Below are positions 37,998-48,495 of a stretch of DNA of 64,000 nt, one piece after another. The translations under genes and the position numbers were made by a program. The DNA is from an uncultured Acidobacteriota bacterium (lineage in GTDB: Bacteria > Acidobacteriota > Blastocatellia > RBC074). The notes beneath the pieces are model-generated. The model made no database searches. It had not been told where the DNA came from and saw only the letters and a program-made list of their open reading frames with translations. The stretch covers positions 512,001-576,000 of the forward strand of contig CAWCKY010000006.1 in NCBI GenBank assembly GCA_963796275.1. Reading direction: 5' to 3'. How positions within the stretch are numbered: position 1 is the stretch's first letter; every line of letters starts with the position of its first letter.

Positions 37998-40427
37998 TTA
38001 GAGCAAAATTTCGTCCTTATAACACCACGCCCAGTCCTCTCCCGGCTCGAGCGATTTGATGATCGGGTGCCCGGTCTCGTGCGAGTGCCCGGTCGCGTGC
38101 TTGTTCTTTGACGAATCGCAGCAGCCGACGTGGCCGCAGGTCATACATATCCTCAGATGCACCCACGAATCGCCGATTCGCAGGCAATCCTCGCACCCGC
38201 GGGCGCTGGGTAAGACCGGGCGCGTTTGATCGAGGTGCGAGCACGATGGATGCGGACGCGCAAGATTCAGCTCTACTATTTTTTCCGGATCGAATTTTAT
38301 TTTCACTTCTTCACTCGCAGATATCTCCTGAGAAGCAGACGGGGCAGACGAGGCAGACGGCGCAGGCCGGAAGATGGCGGCGCTCCGCGCAAATGCATCG
38401 GATGGCCCCGCCAATATCAACTGGTCGCCTGCTCTCAGGCGTAAATTGCCGTTGAGATCTCTCAAATCTTTTCCGTTACGCTTCACCGTTTGAACCGTAA
38501 TGGAATATCTCTTCTCGAGCTCCAATTCGGCTATGGCACTGCCGGCGGCCTGCGAGCCGGCGCGGATGAGGACGGTTCTCGTATCGAGACAATCCTCCCC
38601 CGGATGGCATCTCACCACCGGTTCCTCATCAATCGTTTCATTCAAGAGTGCAGCGTAGCCTCCGTTTCTGACAGCCGCTTCGTGAGCCTCGATCTCTTTG
38701 GCTGAGATGCGGTAATCTCGCAGAACTTCGGCAAACAGTTGTACGATGCTCTCCAACTCTTCTGCTATGACGAGATCGGCTCCCGCCTCGGTCAGAGGCT
38801 CGACATCGCTCGTGTAGCGTGTGCGGACGACTAATCGCATTGTCGGGTTCAGTATACGAGCGACCGTCGTTATACGGTGAGCCATGGCAGGATCATCATC
38901 GGCGATGATCATCATCTTTGCGCGCTCGATTCCGACAAGATAGAGCGTATGCTGTTTGCTCGAGTCGCCGCGCAGCACCGGAAGCCCATCAGCCTCAGCT
39001 TCATTGGCGCCACCGGGGCTCAGGGTCGTGATAATGAAGGGGATATTCGATCCGTCGAGCACGCGCACGAGCCGCCGCGCAGCCTGACCGTAGCCGGCGA
39101 CGATGACGTGGTCTTCGAGTCGCGGAATGTCCGATGGCGGAGATGCGGTTTCAACTCGGGCCTGCTCCTTTGCCTCTATCCGATGTTCGAGCCGACCGGA
39201 AAGTTTTACGCCGAGGGTCGAGAGGAGCGGCGTCAGAATCATCAGAATCACGCTCGCCGCGATGAATGTCTGCGATCCCGCTTCCCCCATTCCTCCGGGC
39301 GAGAGTCCCGATTCTCGTCCCGCCCTTGCGAGAACAAAGGAGAATTCGCCGATCTGGGCGAGCATTAATCCGGAAACGGCGGCCAGGGGTAGCTTATAAC
39401 CCAGAGCCAGCACACTTATTCCGGTTGTTACCAGTTTGATGATCAGCACAAGAACAATCGCCGTGAGCACGAGCGGGAGGTTGTTCATCAGAAAGTGAAG
39501 ATCGAGCAGCATCCCGACAGAAATGAAGAAAGTCGCGCTGAAGAGTATCTGCAGCGGCATCGTTTCGCCCAGCGCGTGTTCGCTGAAGCGGCTCTCGCTC
39601 ACTAGCAGGCCGGCGAGAAAGGCTCCCAGCGATAGGCTCACACCTGCGAGGCTGGTGAGATATGCCGTGCCGAAGCAGATGGCGATCACAGTCAGAAGGA
39701 ATAACTCCGGCGAACATGTGAGAGCTACCTGCTCGAGAATTTTCGGCATCAGTCTGCGCGCGAAGAGCAGCACGACGATGATGATTGCGATGGCCTTCCC
39801 GAGTGCCAGGACGATGCCTTCCGGCGAACCCGCGGATCCGCTGAGCACGGGCACGAGCAGCACCATGACGATGATCGCCAGGTCTTGAAAGATGAGCAGT
39901 CCGAGGTTGATCTGGCCGTGTGCGGAGTTCGTTTCGCCCCTGTCCGATAAAAGCTTCAAAACAATAGCGGTCGAGCTGAGCGCGATGAGAAGTCCCGTAA
40001 AAAGAGCCGGGCGCCAATTTATACCGAACAGCGCGAGCAGGGCCAGCGTCGCGATGGTGGCAAGCGTCACCTGTAGGCCGCCTCCGATGAAGATCAGCCT
40101 CTTGATGCGCGCCAGTTTCTCCAGACTGAATTCGATGCCGATGGTGAAGAGCAGCAGCACCACCCCAACTTCCGCGGCGGAGTTGACCAGCTCATCATCG
40201 CGCACAAATCCCAATCCGTTAGGTCCGATCGTGACGCCCGCCAGAAGAAACCCGATGATCGGAACCAATTTCAGACGGTAGCAGATATACGCGATCCCGG
40301 CGCCCGCGACGATCAATGCGACGACTTCCGGCAAAAACCCCGGGATTCCAGCGGCAGCAAATTTTGCAATTGGGACGCCGAGGCTCGCAGAGGAATAAAT
40401 ATAGATTAGATGATCAGCTGTCTCCAT
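37998..40427 (-). CDS. CPA2/Kef-type cation:proton antiporter with RCK_N and RCK_C domains and a C-terminal UBP-type zinc finger
   Basis: AEVGVVLLLFTIGIEFS, LSSTAIVLK, LIFQDLA, LAQIGEFSFVL; HVIVAGYGQ (RCK_N); tail CSHL..GCEDCLRIGDSWVHLRICMTCGHVGCCDSSKNKHATGH...WAWCY. Confidence 0.9.
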   Translation of the reverse strand: METADHLIYIYSSASLGVPIAKFAAAGIPGFLPEVVALIVAGAGIAYICYRLKLVPIIGFLLAGVTIGPNGLGFVRDDELVNSAAEVGVVLLLFTIGIEFSLEKLARIKRLIFIGGGLQVTLATIATLALLALFGINWRPALFTGLLIALSSTAIVLKLLSDRGETNSAHGQINLGLLIFQDLAIIVMVLLVPVLSGSAGSPEGIVLALGKAIAIIIVVLLFARRLMPKILEQVALTCSPELFLLTVIAICFGTAYLTSLAGVSLSLGAFLAGLLVSESRFSEHALGETMPLQILFSATFFISVGMLLDLHFLMNNLPLVLTAIVLVLIIKLVTTGISVLALGYKLPLAAVSGLMLAQIGEFSFVLARAGRESGLSPGGMGEAGSQTFIAASVILMILTPLLSTLGVKLSGRLEHRIEAKEQARVETASPPSDIPRLEDHVIVAGYGQAARRLVRVLDGSNIPFIITTLSPGGANEAEADGLPVLRGDSSKQHTLYLVGIERAKMMIIADDDPAMAHRITTVARILNPTMRLVVRTRYTSDVEPLTEAGADLVIAEELESIVQLFAEVLRDYRISAKEIEAHEAAVRNGGYAALLNETIDEEPVVRCHPGEDCLDTRTVLIRAGSQAAGSAIAELELEKRYSITVQTVKRNGKDLRDLNGNLRLRAGDQLILAGPSDAFARSAAIFRPAPSASSAPSASQEISASEEVKIKFDPEKIVELNLARPHPSCSHLDQTRPVLPSARGCEDCLRIGDSWVHLRICMTCGHVGCCDSSKNKHATGHSHETGHPIIKSLEPGEDWAWCYKDEILL

Positions 40428-40539
40428 GTCTCCTCTGGAAGTCCCCGGGAGCGTGCGCTCGCGCGCCGCCTCCCTGGTGTTTTCATTGTTTATGCAGCGT
40501 CCACGAATGTACGGCTTTTCCGCGTATCTCGTGGGGGCT

Positions 40540-41562
40540 TTAATCGAACAGACTCCCTTGTGCTGTCGGGCGGCGGAATGTCTTTCGACGATCCTTCATC
40601 TCGTATCTCTTCTGGTTGAGGCCGAGCCTTCGCGCATGGATGCTGAAAGTTTGCACGACCATATCCCAATAAGGCCCTTCGCCGCGCATGCGTTCTCCGA
40701 ACCCGCTGCGATTCAAGACGCCGCCTTTCACTTCTTTAATCCGATTGATGATCTTCTGCTCCCGCATCGGCAGCTTTTCCTGCAATCGTTCGAGAAAATA
40801 GGGCCGCACGCTGCCAGGCAAGCGCAGCAGGTTGATGAAGGCGGATGTTGCGCCCGCGTCACGCGCCCGTTCGAGTAATTCAGGAATCTCGTGTTCATTC
40901 AACCCGGGAATCACTGGAGCTATCCCCAGACCCACTTCTATACCGGCGTCGGCTAAATCTTTCATCGCTTTGAAACGCGCCTCGGGAAATGGCGCAAATG
41001 GTTCAAAGGCCCGATTGAATTCATGGTCGAGGAAGGGAATTGTAAAATTGACTCTGATATCGGCCTCTTCGGAAATTTGTTTGAGGAGGTCAAGGTCGCG
41101 GCGGATCAAGGCTGATTTCGTTAGGATGCTGACGGGATTACGAAACTCCAGACAAACTTCCAAACAACGACGTGTCAGTTGGTAATTCGCCTCGAGCGGA
41201 ATGTAGGGATCGGAGGTGAATGAAAAAACGAGAACGTCGCCTTCCCAGCTCTTCTTCATGAATTCTTCGCGCAGCAATTCCGGTGCACGAATTTTGGCGA
41301 CGATCTTCCGCTCGAAATCCGTTCCGGCGCCGAAGCCGAGATATTCGTGCGTCGGCCGCGAAAAGCAATAGGTGCAGCCGTGCGGGCATCCCCTGTAACA
41401 GTTGACCGAAAAATCGAACGGAATGTCCGGGCTGCTGTTATTCGTGATAATGGAGCGTGTCGATGTTTCTTCAAAGACTTCCAACCTGGCTTCCGGAGGC
41501 TCGCCGATCCATTCATGGTGAGTGGAAAGCCAGGGATTCGGCGGATTATTTACATAACGCAT
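40540..41562 (-). CDS. PA0069/Rv2578c-family radical SAM protein (SplB-like)
   Basis: [43 protein letters not shown] (CxxxCxxC); C-terminal QGSLFD; likely start 41562. Confidence 0.9.
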   Translation of the reverse strand: MRYVNNPPNPWLSTHHEWIGEPPEARLEVFEETSTRSIITNNSSPDIPFDFSVNCYRGCPHGCTYCFSRPTHEYLGFGAGTDFERKIVAKIRAPELLREEFMKKSWEGDVLVFSFTSDPYIPLEANYQLTRRCLEVCLEFRNPVSILTKSALIRRDLDLLKQISEEADIRVNFTIPFLDHEFNRAFEPFAPFPEARFKAMKDLADAGIEVGLGIAPVIPGLNEHEIPELLERARDAGATSAFINLLRLPGSVRPYFLERLQEKLPMREQKIINRIKEVKGGVLNRSGFGERMRGEGPYWDMVVQTFSIHARRLGLNQKRYEMKDRRKTFRRPTAQGSLFD

Positions 41563-41661
41563 AAACCCTCTTTCTACCCGCTTGCTCTTTTTTTCCGCCT
41601 GCACCCATTAACAGTCTAACTCTCGTGTGTGTTATAACCAAGGCGTTCCTCAAGAGTAAAA

Positions 41662-42273
41662 ATGGTGAGAGGGAATCAGTCAATATCGATCGATAAACCG
41701 CCCATCGTTACGCGAACCGAATGGGGTTGTCCCGATGGTCAGATAACGAATCACGGGGATTTATCATATTCCACGGTTACGCATCTGATCGTTCATCATA
41801 CGGTAAACGACAACGATTCGCCGGACTGGGGTGAGGTTGTACTCAGCATCTGGAATTTTCACATCTTCGATCGGGGCTTCGACGATATCGGATACAATTA
41901 CCTGATCGATCCGGACGGAGTGATCTATGAAGGGCGATCGGGCGGTGACGATGTACAGGGGGCGCATTTCAGCGGGGTCAATGCGGGAACGATGGGCGTC
42001 GCTATGCTCGGGACATTCACAGATGTCGAACCTGCTCAGGAAGCCCTCCTCGCCCTCAAAGTACTATTGGCATGGAAATGTCATCAACTCTGCCTGGACC
42101 CGATTGCGACCTCGATTCACGCGGCGTCTCAGCTCGAGCTAGATACGATCTCGGGTCATCGCGATGGCCCCGGAACAACTGAATGTCCAGGGGAGAGGCT
42201 CTATGATCTGTTGCCATTAATCAGAAGCGATGTTAATCAGATGCTGGCCTCAGCGAGGAATATCCGCAGCTAA
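41662..42273 (+). CDS. N-acetylmuramoyl-L-alanine amidase (Amidase_2/PGRP-like)
   Basis: [37 protein letters not shown]...TECPG. Confidence 0.88.
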   Translation: MVRGNQSISIDKPPIVTRTEWGCPDGQITNHGDLSYSTVTHLIVHHTVNDNDSPDWGEVVLSIWNFHIFDRGFDDIGYNYLIDPDGVIYEGRSGGDDVQGAHFSGVNAGTMGVAMLGTFTDVEPAQEALLALKVLLAWKCHQLCLDPIATSIHAASQLELDTISGHRDGPGTTECPGERLYDLLPLIRSDVNQMLASARNIRS

Positions 42274-42363
42274 AATGTCAAATAAAGACACATAAAGAAA
42301 GACCGTAGCTTTTCCCGCGGCTCGCTTCTATTTGTGGCCTTTTTGTTTGTGGTCGTTTGATTC

Positions 42364-43446
42364 TTATCTTCGATAATCGAGCCGCTCGAAGGGAGAGGTT
42401 AAACCGAGCAGTTCGAGAAACTGCTTGTTCTCGCGTAAATCCGAGAAATCCAAATCGTTCAGCGCTTGCGCGCGAAAACGAGGTTGAATTTGGATAGATC
42501 GCCTCAAATAATCGATCGCCTGATCGTGCGAACCCGTCTGCGCATGAGTTGCGGCGAGCGAATAGAGGAGATGTGGCTCATCAGGCCGCAGCCGCAGAGC
42601 CTTTTCGAAGAACGAGCGCGCTTGTGTGAAATCGCCGATGTTTAATGCGAAGACGCCCCGGTCATAGAGTTCATCAGCATTGCGCGGCATTGAAGGTGTA
42701 TGCGCGAGTTTCTGATTGCAGACCTGTATATAGGTCTGCGCCCGTGAGATTATCTCAACCTCATTCGGGAACCGTGGCTGAAGGTTTTCGAACATAACTT
42801 TCGCTTCCGCATACTGGCGCCGATTGAAAACCTTGACCGCCTGTTCGAATGCGCGCAGAACTGCCGAAGATACCTGCCGCCGCGGCGGCTCAGGAGGTAA
42901 TAGCGGCACCTTCGGTAACTGAGTCGCTCTGCGGACAACCAATGAAACTTTTCCTTTGCCCTTTGTTCGAACTTTCGTCGCCCGTGTTGCCCCTGCCCCT
43001 GCCCCTGTGGCTCCGGTTGCCCGGGTTACCCCGCGAACCTTTGATGCTCGGTGGAGCCTGGTTGCCCGTTTAACTTTTGGAACAGCTCTTGCCTTGGCGA
43101 CCTTAGTAGCAACCCTCGATTTAGGATATGCTTTCGAAAGCGTCTTCGCCTTCTTCCTTGTGGCAATTTTTTTAGATTTCTCTACTCTCTTTATTTTCTT
43201 CGCAGAAGTTTTGGTCGATTTGGCGATCGCTCTTTTTATTCTTGCAGTTTTCTTCACGGATTTTGTTGCCTTCGGCTTCGCTTTGACCGTCTTCTTTAGC
43301 AATCTTTTCTTCGCAGTCTTTAGACGGGTTGAAGAGGGGGATTTAGCCTTGGCTCTGGGTACAGATTTTGAACCCGTCGCCTTAGTAGCAACTCTGATTT
43401 TGCCTTTCGATTTAGTTCTGTGACTTCTTGAGAGTGCTTCCCTCAT
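42364..43446 (-). CDS. protein with histone-H1-like Lys/Arg/Ala-rich N-terminus and C-terminal TPR domain
   Basis: About 175 aa basic low-complexity tail, a Pro hinge, then TPRs ending [10 protein letters not shown]...[10 protein letters not shown]...[11 protein letters not shown]; SD AAGGA. Confidence 0.8.
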   Translation of the reverse strand: MREALSRSHRTKSKGKIRVATKATGSKSVPRAKAKSPSSTRLKTAKKRLLKKTVKAKPKATKSVKKTARIKRAIAKSTKTSAKKIKRVEKSKKIATRKKAKTLSKAYPKSRVATKVAKARAVPKVKRATRLHRASKVRGVTRATGATGAGAGATRATKVRTKGKGKVSLVVRRATQLPKVPLLPPEPPRRQVSSAVLRAFEQAVKVFNRRQYAEAKVMFENLQPRFPNEVEIISRAQTYIQVCNQKLAHTPSMPRNADELYDRGVFALNIGDFTQARSFFEKALRLRPDEPHLLYSLAATHAQTGSHDQAIDYLRRSIQIQPRFRAQALNDLDFSDLRENKQFLELLGLTSPFERLDYRR

Positions 43447-43719
43447 ACGTGCTTCCTTTATGGTTTGGAAGTTTTTTTTCTTTCTCTGCTTCTGCCGCTT
43501 TGTCCCTAAGTGACTGTTATTTAACAGATTATCGTGGTGATGTCAAATTTTGCTTTCTAAAAATCACTCAATAACACCTCGATCCCCGGGTTTTTGATAC
43601 CTCCCGCCATATCTATAAGTTGATGCGGCTTATCAGCGAGCAGATACTAAATATTGATATGCCTATAGTTACTAGAGGCATGGTTTGGTTGGGCTGAGCT
43701 AATATTTAAGTTAAGGAAG

Positions 43720-44208
43720 TCAAATCTCTAATGATTTTACCATCAGATAACCGTCGCCGCCGTTGGAGTAATATTTACCCATACGTTGAACCACGATATA
43801 TCCGAGTTGTTCGTAAAGTTTTTGCGCTGCGGTATTGCCGACACGGACTTCGAGTCGCACAGTGGTCACGGCTCGGGTCACGAAGCTACGTTCGATTTCG
43901 TGCAGGATCAATCTTGCCAGACCGCGGCGTCGATATTCGGGAGCGACACCGATGGTAGTGATATGGCCGACGCCGTCATTCTCGACGACCGCGATCGCGA
44001 ATGCGCTCATCTCGTCGTTTTCCGACCTGATCTGGCGTGCTATGGTTTGAGGATTAGAGAGAAGATAGCGAAATGTCTCACGTTCATATGCCTCGCCATC
44101 AACAAAACACCTCAGATCGAGCTGCCACAACTCATTTAAGTCGGATAGTAGCAATGGGCGCAGGGCGCCTTTGAATGCTTTGGGAATTTTGTGACTGACA
44201 GCTCGCAT
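43720..44208 (-). CDS. rimI: RimI-like GNAT N-acetyltransferase
   Basis: [39 protein letters not shown]...KYY; symbol is family-level only. Confidence 0.7.
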   Translation of the reverse strand: MRAVSHKIPKAFKGALRPLLLSDLNELWQLDLRCFVDGEAYERETFRYLLSNPQTIARQIRSENDEMSAFAIAVVENDGVGHITTIGVAPEYRRRGLARLILHEIERSFVTRAVTTVRLEVRVGNTAAQKLYEQLGYIVVQRMGKYYSNGGDGYLMVKSLEI

Positions 44209-44307
44209 AAGAAGAATTGAAAAGTGATAATTGAATTCAGCCAATATCAAAATGAATGGTAATCACTGTCAATCATCCATTATCAGTTATCGGTTAACAA
44301 CTATCAC

Positions 44308-45366
44308 TTAAATAAGAAGCATACAATCGCCATAACTATAAAAACGATATTGCTCCTCAACGGCGTGGCGATAAGCGCTCATTGTCGTTTCCCGACCTGC
44401 AAAAGCAGAGACGAGCATCAACAAGGATGATTGGGGCAAGTGAAAATTCGTCAACAGCGCATTTATAACGCGAAATTTGTATCCTGGATAGATAAATAAT
44501 TCAGTTGAGCCGCACTCGGGTCGGATATTCCCATCAGGATCGGCTGCGCTCTCCAGGGCCCGCACGGTTGTTGTGCCAACAGCGATGATTCGCTTCCCCT
44601 CGCATTTGGCCGCATTAATCGCGACTGCAGCATATTCCTTGATTTCGTACCATTCAGAAGCGATGTGGTGTTCTTCGATCTGTTGCGTTCTGATAGGCTG
44701 AAAGGTCGCATAGCCGACGTGGTGAGTTAGCTCAATAATTTCCACCTCCCGCGCGCGCAGTTCATCGAAGATGCGAGGTGTGAAGTGCAGCCCGGCAGTG
44801 GGCGCGGCAATTGCTCCCCGCTGTCTGGCATACACCGTTTGATAACGCGGCTCGTCCAATCGATCATCCTCGATCCTCGAGCGTTTTATGTAGGGCGGCA
44901 ACGGGGTGTTGCCAATTTCATCCACGATACGGTCCATGTCTCCGTCGCACGTAAATCTGATTTTACGCCGTCCTTCTTCCTGGACCGATGTGATCACTCC
45001 GCGCAGCCTGCCATTTCCAAATTCGATCTCTTCGCCGGCGCGCAAAGCTCTCGCAGGTTTGGCCAGAACTTCCCATTCTTCCTGGGAAGAACGCAGGAGA
45101 AGGATTTCAACCTGCCCGCCCGGCATCTCCCCCCTTTTGTCTTTAAAGATTCGGCGGCCGATCAATCTCGCGGGGAAGACGCGCGAATTGTTGAGGACGA
45201 GTACGTCCCCTTGATTGAAATAAGTGGGAAATTCGGCAAAAGTACTATCGCGCCAGGTACTGCTGCTTCTGTTCACAACTAGCAGACGCGAGCTATCGCG
45301 CTCCGGCAACGGTACTTGCGCGATTAGTTCTTGCGGCAGTTCAAAATCAAATTCTGAAATATGCAT
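44308..45366 (-). CDS. queA: S-adenosylmethionine:tRNA ribosyltransferase-isomerase
   Basis: FDFELPQELIAQ, PLPPYIKR, YQTVYA, AAPTAGLHFT, AVGTT, TNFHLPQS, YRFYSYGDCMLL. Confidence 0.97.
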   Translation of the reverse strand: MHISEFDFELPQELIAQVPLPERDSSRLLVVNRSSSTWRDSTFAEFPTYFNQGDVLVLNNSRVFPARLIGRRIFKDKRGEMPGGQVEILLLRSSQEEWEVLAKPARALRAGEEIEFGNGRLRGVITSVQEEGRRKIRFTCDGDMDRIVDEIGNTPLPPYIKRSRIEDDRLDEPRYQTVYARQRGAIAAPTAGLHFTPRIFDELRAREVEIIELTHHVGYATFQPIRTQQIEEHHIASEWYEIKEYAAVAINAAKCEGKRIIAVGTTTVRALESAADPDGNIRPECGSTELFIYPGYKFRVINALLTNFHLPQSSLLMLVSAFAGRETTMSAYRHAVEEQYRFYSYGDCMLLI

Positions 45367-45698
45367 TTTGCATTGAATCAATTTTATTGATCAAGATAGC
45401 AAAAAATGAGACAAAAAACAGAAAATACTGTGTGTGCAATAAATGGTTATAGAAATCAACGTCATCGCTCCTGAGCGCCAGAGGCGCGCGATGTTATAGA
45501 GCTGTCGGTCTCCCATATCTCGCAAGCTCCGGAAGCTATATCTATATCGCGACTCGTCGGAGATTATGAGACCTGTGTATTCGATTGCTAAATACATCCG
45601 CTCCTCCGGAGCCGATCAAACCGTCGCTAATGACCAAATTTAATTTGCACAGTCCACTCAATTAAGATTTTGCCTGCTTTGTTTTCATACCCAATGAG

Positions 45699-46692
45699 TT
45701 ATTGAAATAAATCCTTCTGCTGATCAATTGATTCACAATTGAGGCCGAGATGCTGATAAGCTGCCGGCGTCACAACGCGCCCGCGGGGCGTGCGGTTCAA
45801 AAAACCGATTTGAATAAGGTACGGCTCGTATATTTCTTCGATGGCTTCCTTCTCTTCATTGATTGCCGCTGAAATTGTGCCGACCCCGACCGGTCCGCCG
45901 TTGAATTTTTCGATAATTGTCGTGAGCATTTTTCGATCGACTTCGTCTAATCCGTGACGATCGACCTCCATGCGATTGAGTGCGTCGTTGGCGACTTCGG
46001 CTCTAATGACTCCATCATGCTCGACTTCCGCATAATCGCGGACGCGCCGCAGCAGCCGGTTGGCGATACGCGGCGTCCCGCGCGAACGCTGAGCGATGGC
46101 GTTCGCTCCATCCGGCTCGATCCGTACGCTCAGGATAGATGATGAACGTTCGACGATGACCCTAAGATCCTCGACTGGATAGAAATCGAGGTGGAAGTTG
46201 ATGCCGAAGCGTCCGCGCAGGGGCGCGGTAATCAGCCCCGGGCGTGTCGTCGCGCCGATGAGGGTGAAACGGGGCAGATCTGAATTTGACCGAACGGGCC
46301 GATGGTCCCTGCCCGATCACCAGATCGAGTTCGTAGTCCTCCATCGCGGGGTAGAGTATCTCTTCGATAGCCGGGTGCAGCCGGTGGATCTCATCGATGA
46401 ATAGCACGTCGTTTTCATCAAGGTTGGTGAGCAGCGCAGCCAGGTCGCCGGCCTTCTCGATTACTGGTCCTGCCGTCATTTTTATCGGTGCGTTCATTTC
46501 GCGGGCAATAATTCCCGCCAGACTCGTCTTTCCCAGTCCGGGGGGACCATTGAGCAGAACATGATCCAGCGCTTCGCCGCGGGCGATCGCTGCTTTGATG
46601 AAGATGGCGAGGTTGTCTTTGACCTTCCTCTGACCTATATACTCGCGCAGCCATTTGGGACGCAGAGATAATTCAATTTGTTCTTCGTCCAT
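45699..46692 (-). CDS. ruvB: Holliday junction branch-migration helicase RuvB with one +1 frameshift near 46282
   Basis: [30 protein letters not shown]. After a one-base shift the frame continues [15 protein letters not shown]...[17 protein letters not shown]...GGPVG...EPYLIQ..RTPRGR with no stop. Confidence 0.93.
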
Positions 46693-46775
46693 TGCTTCTA
46701 CACCTGAGAACCGAAAAAAATCACCAAACGGTGAAAGTGAATAACAGACTCTTCATCCCCTGATTGATCAGCCGT

Positions 46776-47390
46776 TTATTTAGCGAGCTTCCGGAGCGCC
46801 TGTTTCAGCGTCGTTTCAAAATTTGATTCAGGCGCGTCTTTCAAAATAGTGAACACCGCTTTCTCGGCGGCCGCCTTTGGGTATTCCAGGTTGATCAGTG
46901 CCGAGATCACATCGTCCCGCATGGCATCGCCACCACTGGCGACGATCCCGGCGCGCAGCCGTTCTTCGAATTCCGGAGAAGCGAGCGCCGCCGCCTTATC
47001 CTTCAGTTCGACGAGCATGCGTTCGGCGGTCTTCTTGCCGACTCCGGGAATTGCGACAAGACGCGCCAGATCGCCGACGCGAATCGCATGAATCAACTCT
47101 TCCGCGCTCAAGCCCGAAAGCGCCGTGATCGCGAGTTTGGGACCGATACCCGATACTCCGATCAATAGCAGAAACAACTTCTTTTCCCGTTCGGTCTGAA
47201 ACCCGTAGAGGTGCAGAGCGTCCTCACGCACGTAAGTGTAAACTCGCAAAGACACATCGGTTCCAACCTCGCCCAGAACATAAAATGTCGAAAGCGGTAC
47301 GGTCAATTCGTATCCGACGCCTTGGGATGCCTCGACGATCACCGAATTGGGATGTTTTTGAATAAGTTTACCAGTGATTTGTGCGATCAT
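46776..47390 (-). CDS. ruvA: Holliday junction DNA-binding protein RuvA
   Basis: GVGYEL, VREDALHLYGF, VSGIGPKLA, IPGVGKKTAERMLVELKDK. Confidence 0.97.
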   Translation of the reverse strand: MIAQITGKLIQKHPNSVIVEASQGVGYELTVPLSTFYVLGEVGTDVSLRVYTYVREDALHLYGFQTEREKKLFLLLIGVSGIGPKLAITALSGLSAEELIHAIRVGDLARLVAIPGVGKKTAERMLVELKDKAAALASPEFEERLRAGIVASGGDAMRDDVISALINLEYPKAAAEKAVFTILKDAPESNFETTLKQALRKLAK

Positions 47391-47399
47391 AGGAGGTAG

Positions 47400-47520
47400 C
47401 GATAGCCTGTTGTCGTTCGCAGCTCACAGCTTGGTAGAGTATCAACTATCAACTATGAACTGCAAACTGCGATCCTACAACAGGTATCGGGAAATCAACT
47501 ATCGACAGTGAACTGCAACC
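47400..47520. repeat. hairpin with degenerate heptamer repeats in the ruvA/rex divergent intergenic region
   Basis: CGATAGCCTGTTGT / ACAACAGGTATCG arms enclosing ATCAACT ATCAACT ATGAACT GCAAACT. Confidence 0.55.
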
Positions 47521-47582
47521 GAACGCAGCCATCCTGACACCGGCTGCCGACAAATTACTACCGGCGCTAAAAAAACACTAAG

Positions 47583-47612
47583 TTGACAGCCATTGCGCCG
47601 CTGAGATATCGT
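47583..47612 (+). promoter_or_regulatory. putative sigma70 promoter for rex
   Basis: TTGACA-N18-TATCGT, about 40 bp upstream of ATG 47654. Confidence 0.5.
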
Positions 47613-47653
47613 TGCTGACAGGCAAGAGAGCGGGAATAGCTAACTACAAGTGT

Positions 47654-48355
47654 ATGAAGACAGAGAAGATTTCAGAACTCACTACGAACCGTCTTTCGGT
47701 CTATCTGCGTTGTTTGAATGAATTGGCGGCGACTGGAGTCGAGACTATCTCTTCACAGGCGATGGCCGAACAGTTCAATCTTAACTCGGCGCAGATCCGT
47801 AAAGATCTGGCTTACTTCGGAGAATTCGGCGTGCGCGGGGTCGGATATTATGTGGAAAACCTGCGTCAGCACATCCTCAAGATCCTCGGCCTGACAGTGA
47901 AACACCGCGTTGCGATCATCGGGCTGGGGAATCTCGGAATGGCCTTGGCCAATTATCATGGGTTCAATCAGCACAGTTTCGACATTGCAGCACTCTTCGA
48001 CTCCGACACGGGGAAGATCGGGACGCGCGTTCGCAGCGGCCTGGAGATACAGAGCACGGACAACCTGAAAGAGATCATCAGGCAAAAAGATATCAATATC
48101 GCGGTTATTACTGTCCCGGCGACTGCAGCGGAGCAGGTTCTGGAAGATGTGACAGATGCCGGGGTCAGAGCTGTACTCAACTTCGCCCCCGTGCATTTGC
48201 ATCCGAGGGCGGGTGTTAAAGTGAAGACGGTCGATCTGTCGATCTCACTTGAAAGTCTCTCTTACTTCCTGGCAAATCCCAGCGCGGACGGCGTAAACGT
48301 CGATTATCGCGACTTTCTGCGTTACGAACCCGAATCCAACGGCGCAGGGCAATGA
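47654..48355 (+). CDS. rex: redox-sensing transcriptional repressor Rex
   Basis: RLSVYLRCL, ISSQAMA, SAQIRKDLAYFGEFGVRGVGY, IIGLGNLGMAL, VLNFAP. Confidence 0.96.
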   Translation: MKTEKISELTTNRLSVYLRCLNELAATGVETISSQAMAEQFNLNSAQIRKDLAYFGEFGVRGVGYYVENLRQHILKILGLTVKHRVAIIGLGNLGMALANYHGFNQHSFDIAALFDSDTGKIGTRVRSGLEIQSTDNLKEIIRQKDINIAVITVPATAAEQVLEDVTDAGVRAVLNFAPVHLHPRAGVKVKTVDLSISLESLSYFLANPSADGVNVDYRDFLRYEPESNGAGQ

Positions 48356-48495
48356 AAGGGTTGGTGCCCTGAGATTGAGCTAAACCGCGAAAAAAGTAGA
48401 TTACGACGAGAAAACCGCCGATGATTTTTCCTTTTCTTTCTTTTCCAGGTGGTTTATTTGTTTCAATGTTGCGAGGTTTGGTATAGAGCTACGAA

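Noticed and set aside
45391-45597. 68-aa ORF between ruvB and queA
   Set aside because: No recognisable family or convincing coding signal.
46270-46295. Programmed frameshifting in ruvB
   Set aside because: No slippery sequence and no precedent known to me; other indels in the window favour assembly error.
47391-48495. Rex operator upstream of rex or the aldolase
   Set aside because: No TTGTGAA-N4-TTCACAA-like site found by eye, so direct Rex control is unsupported.
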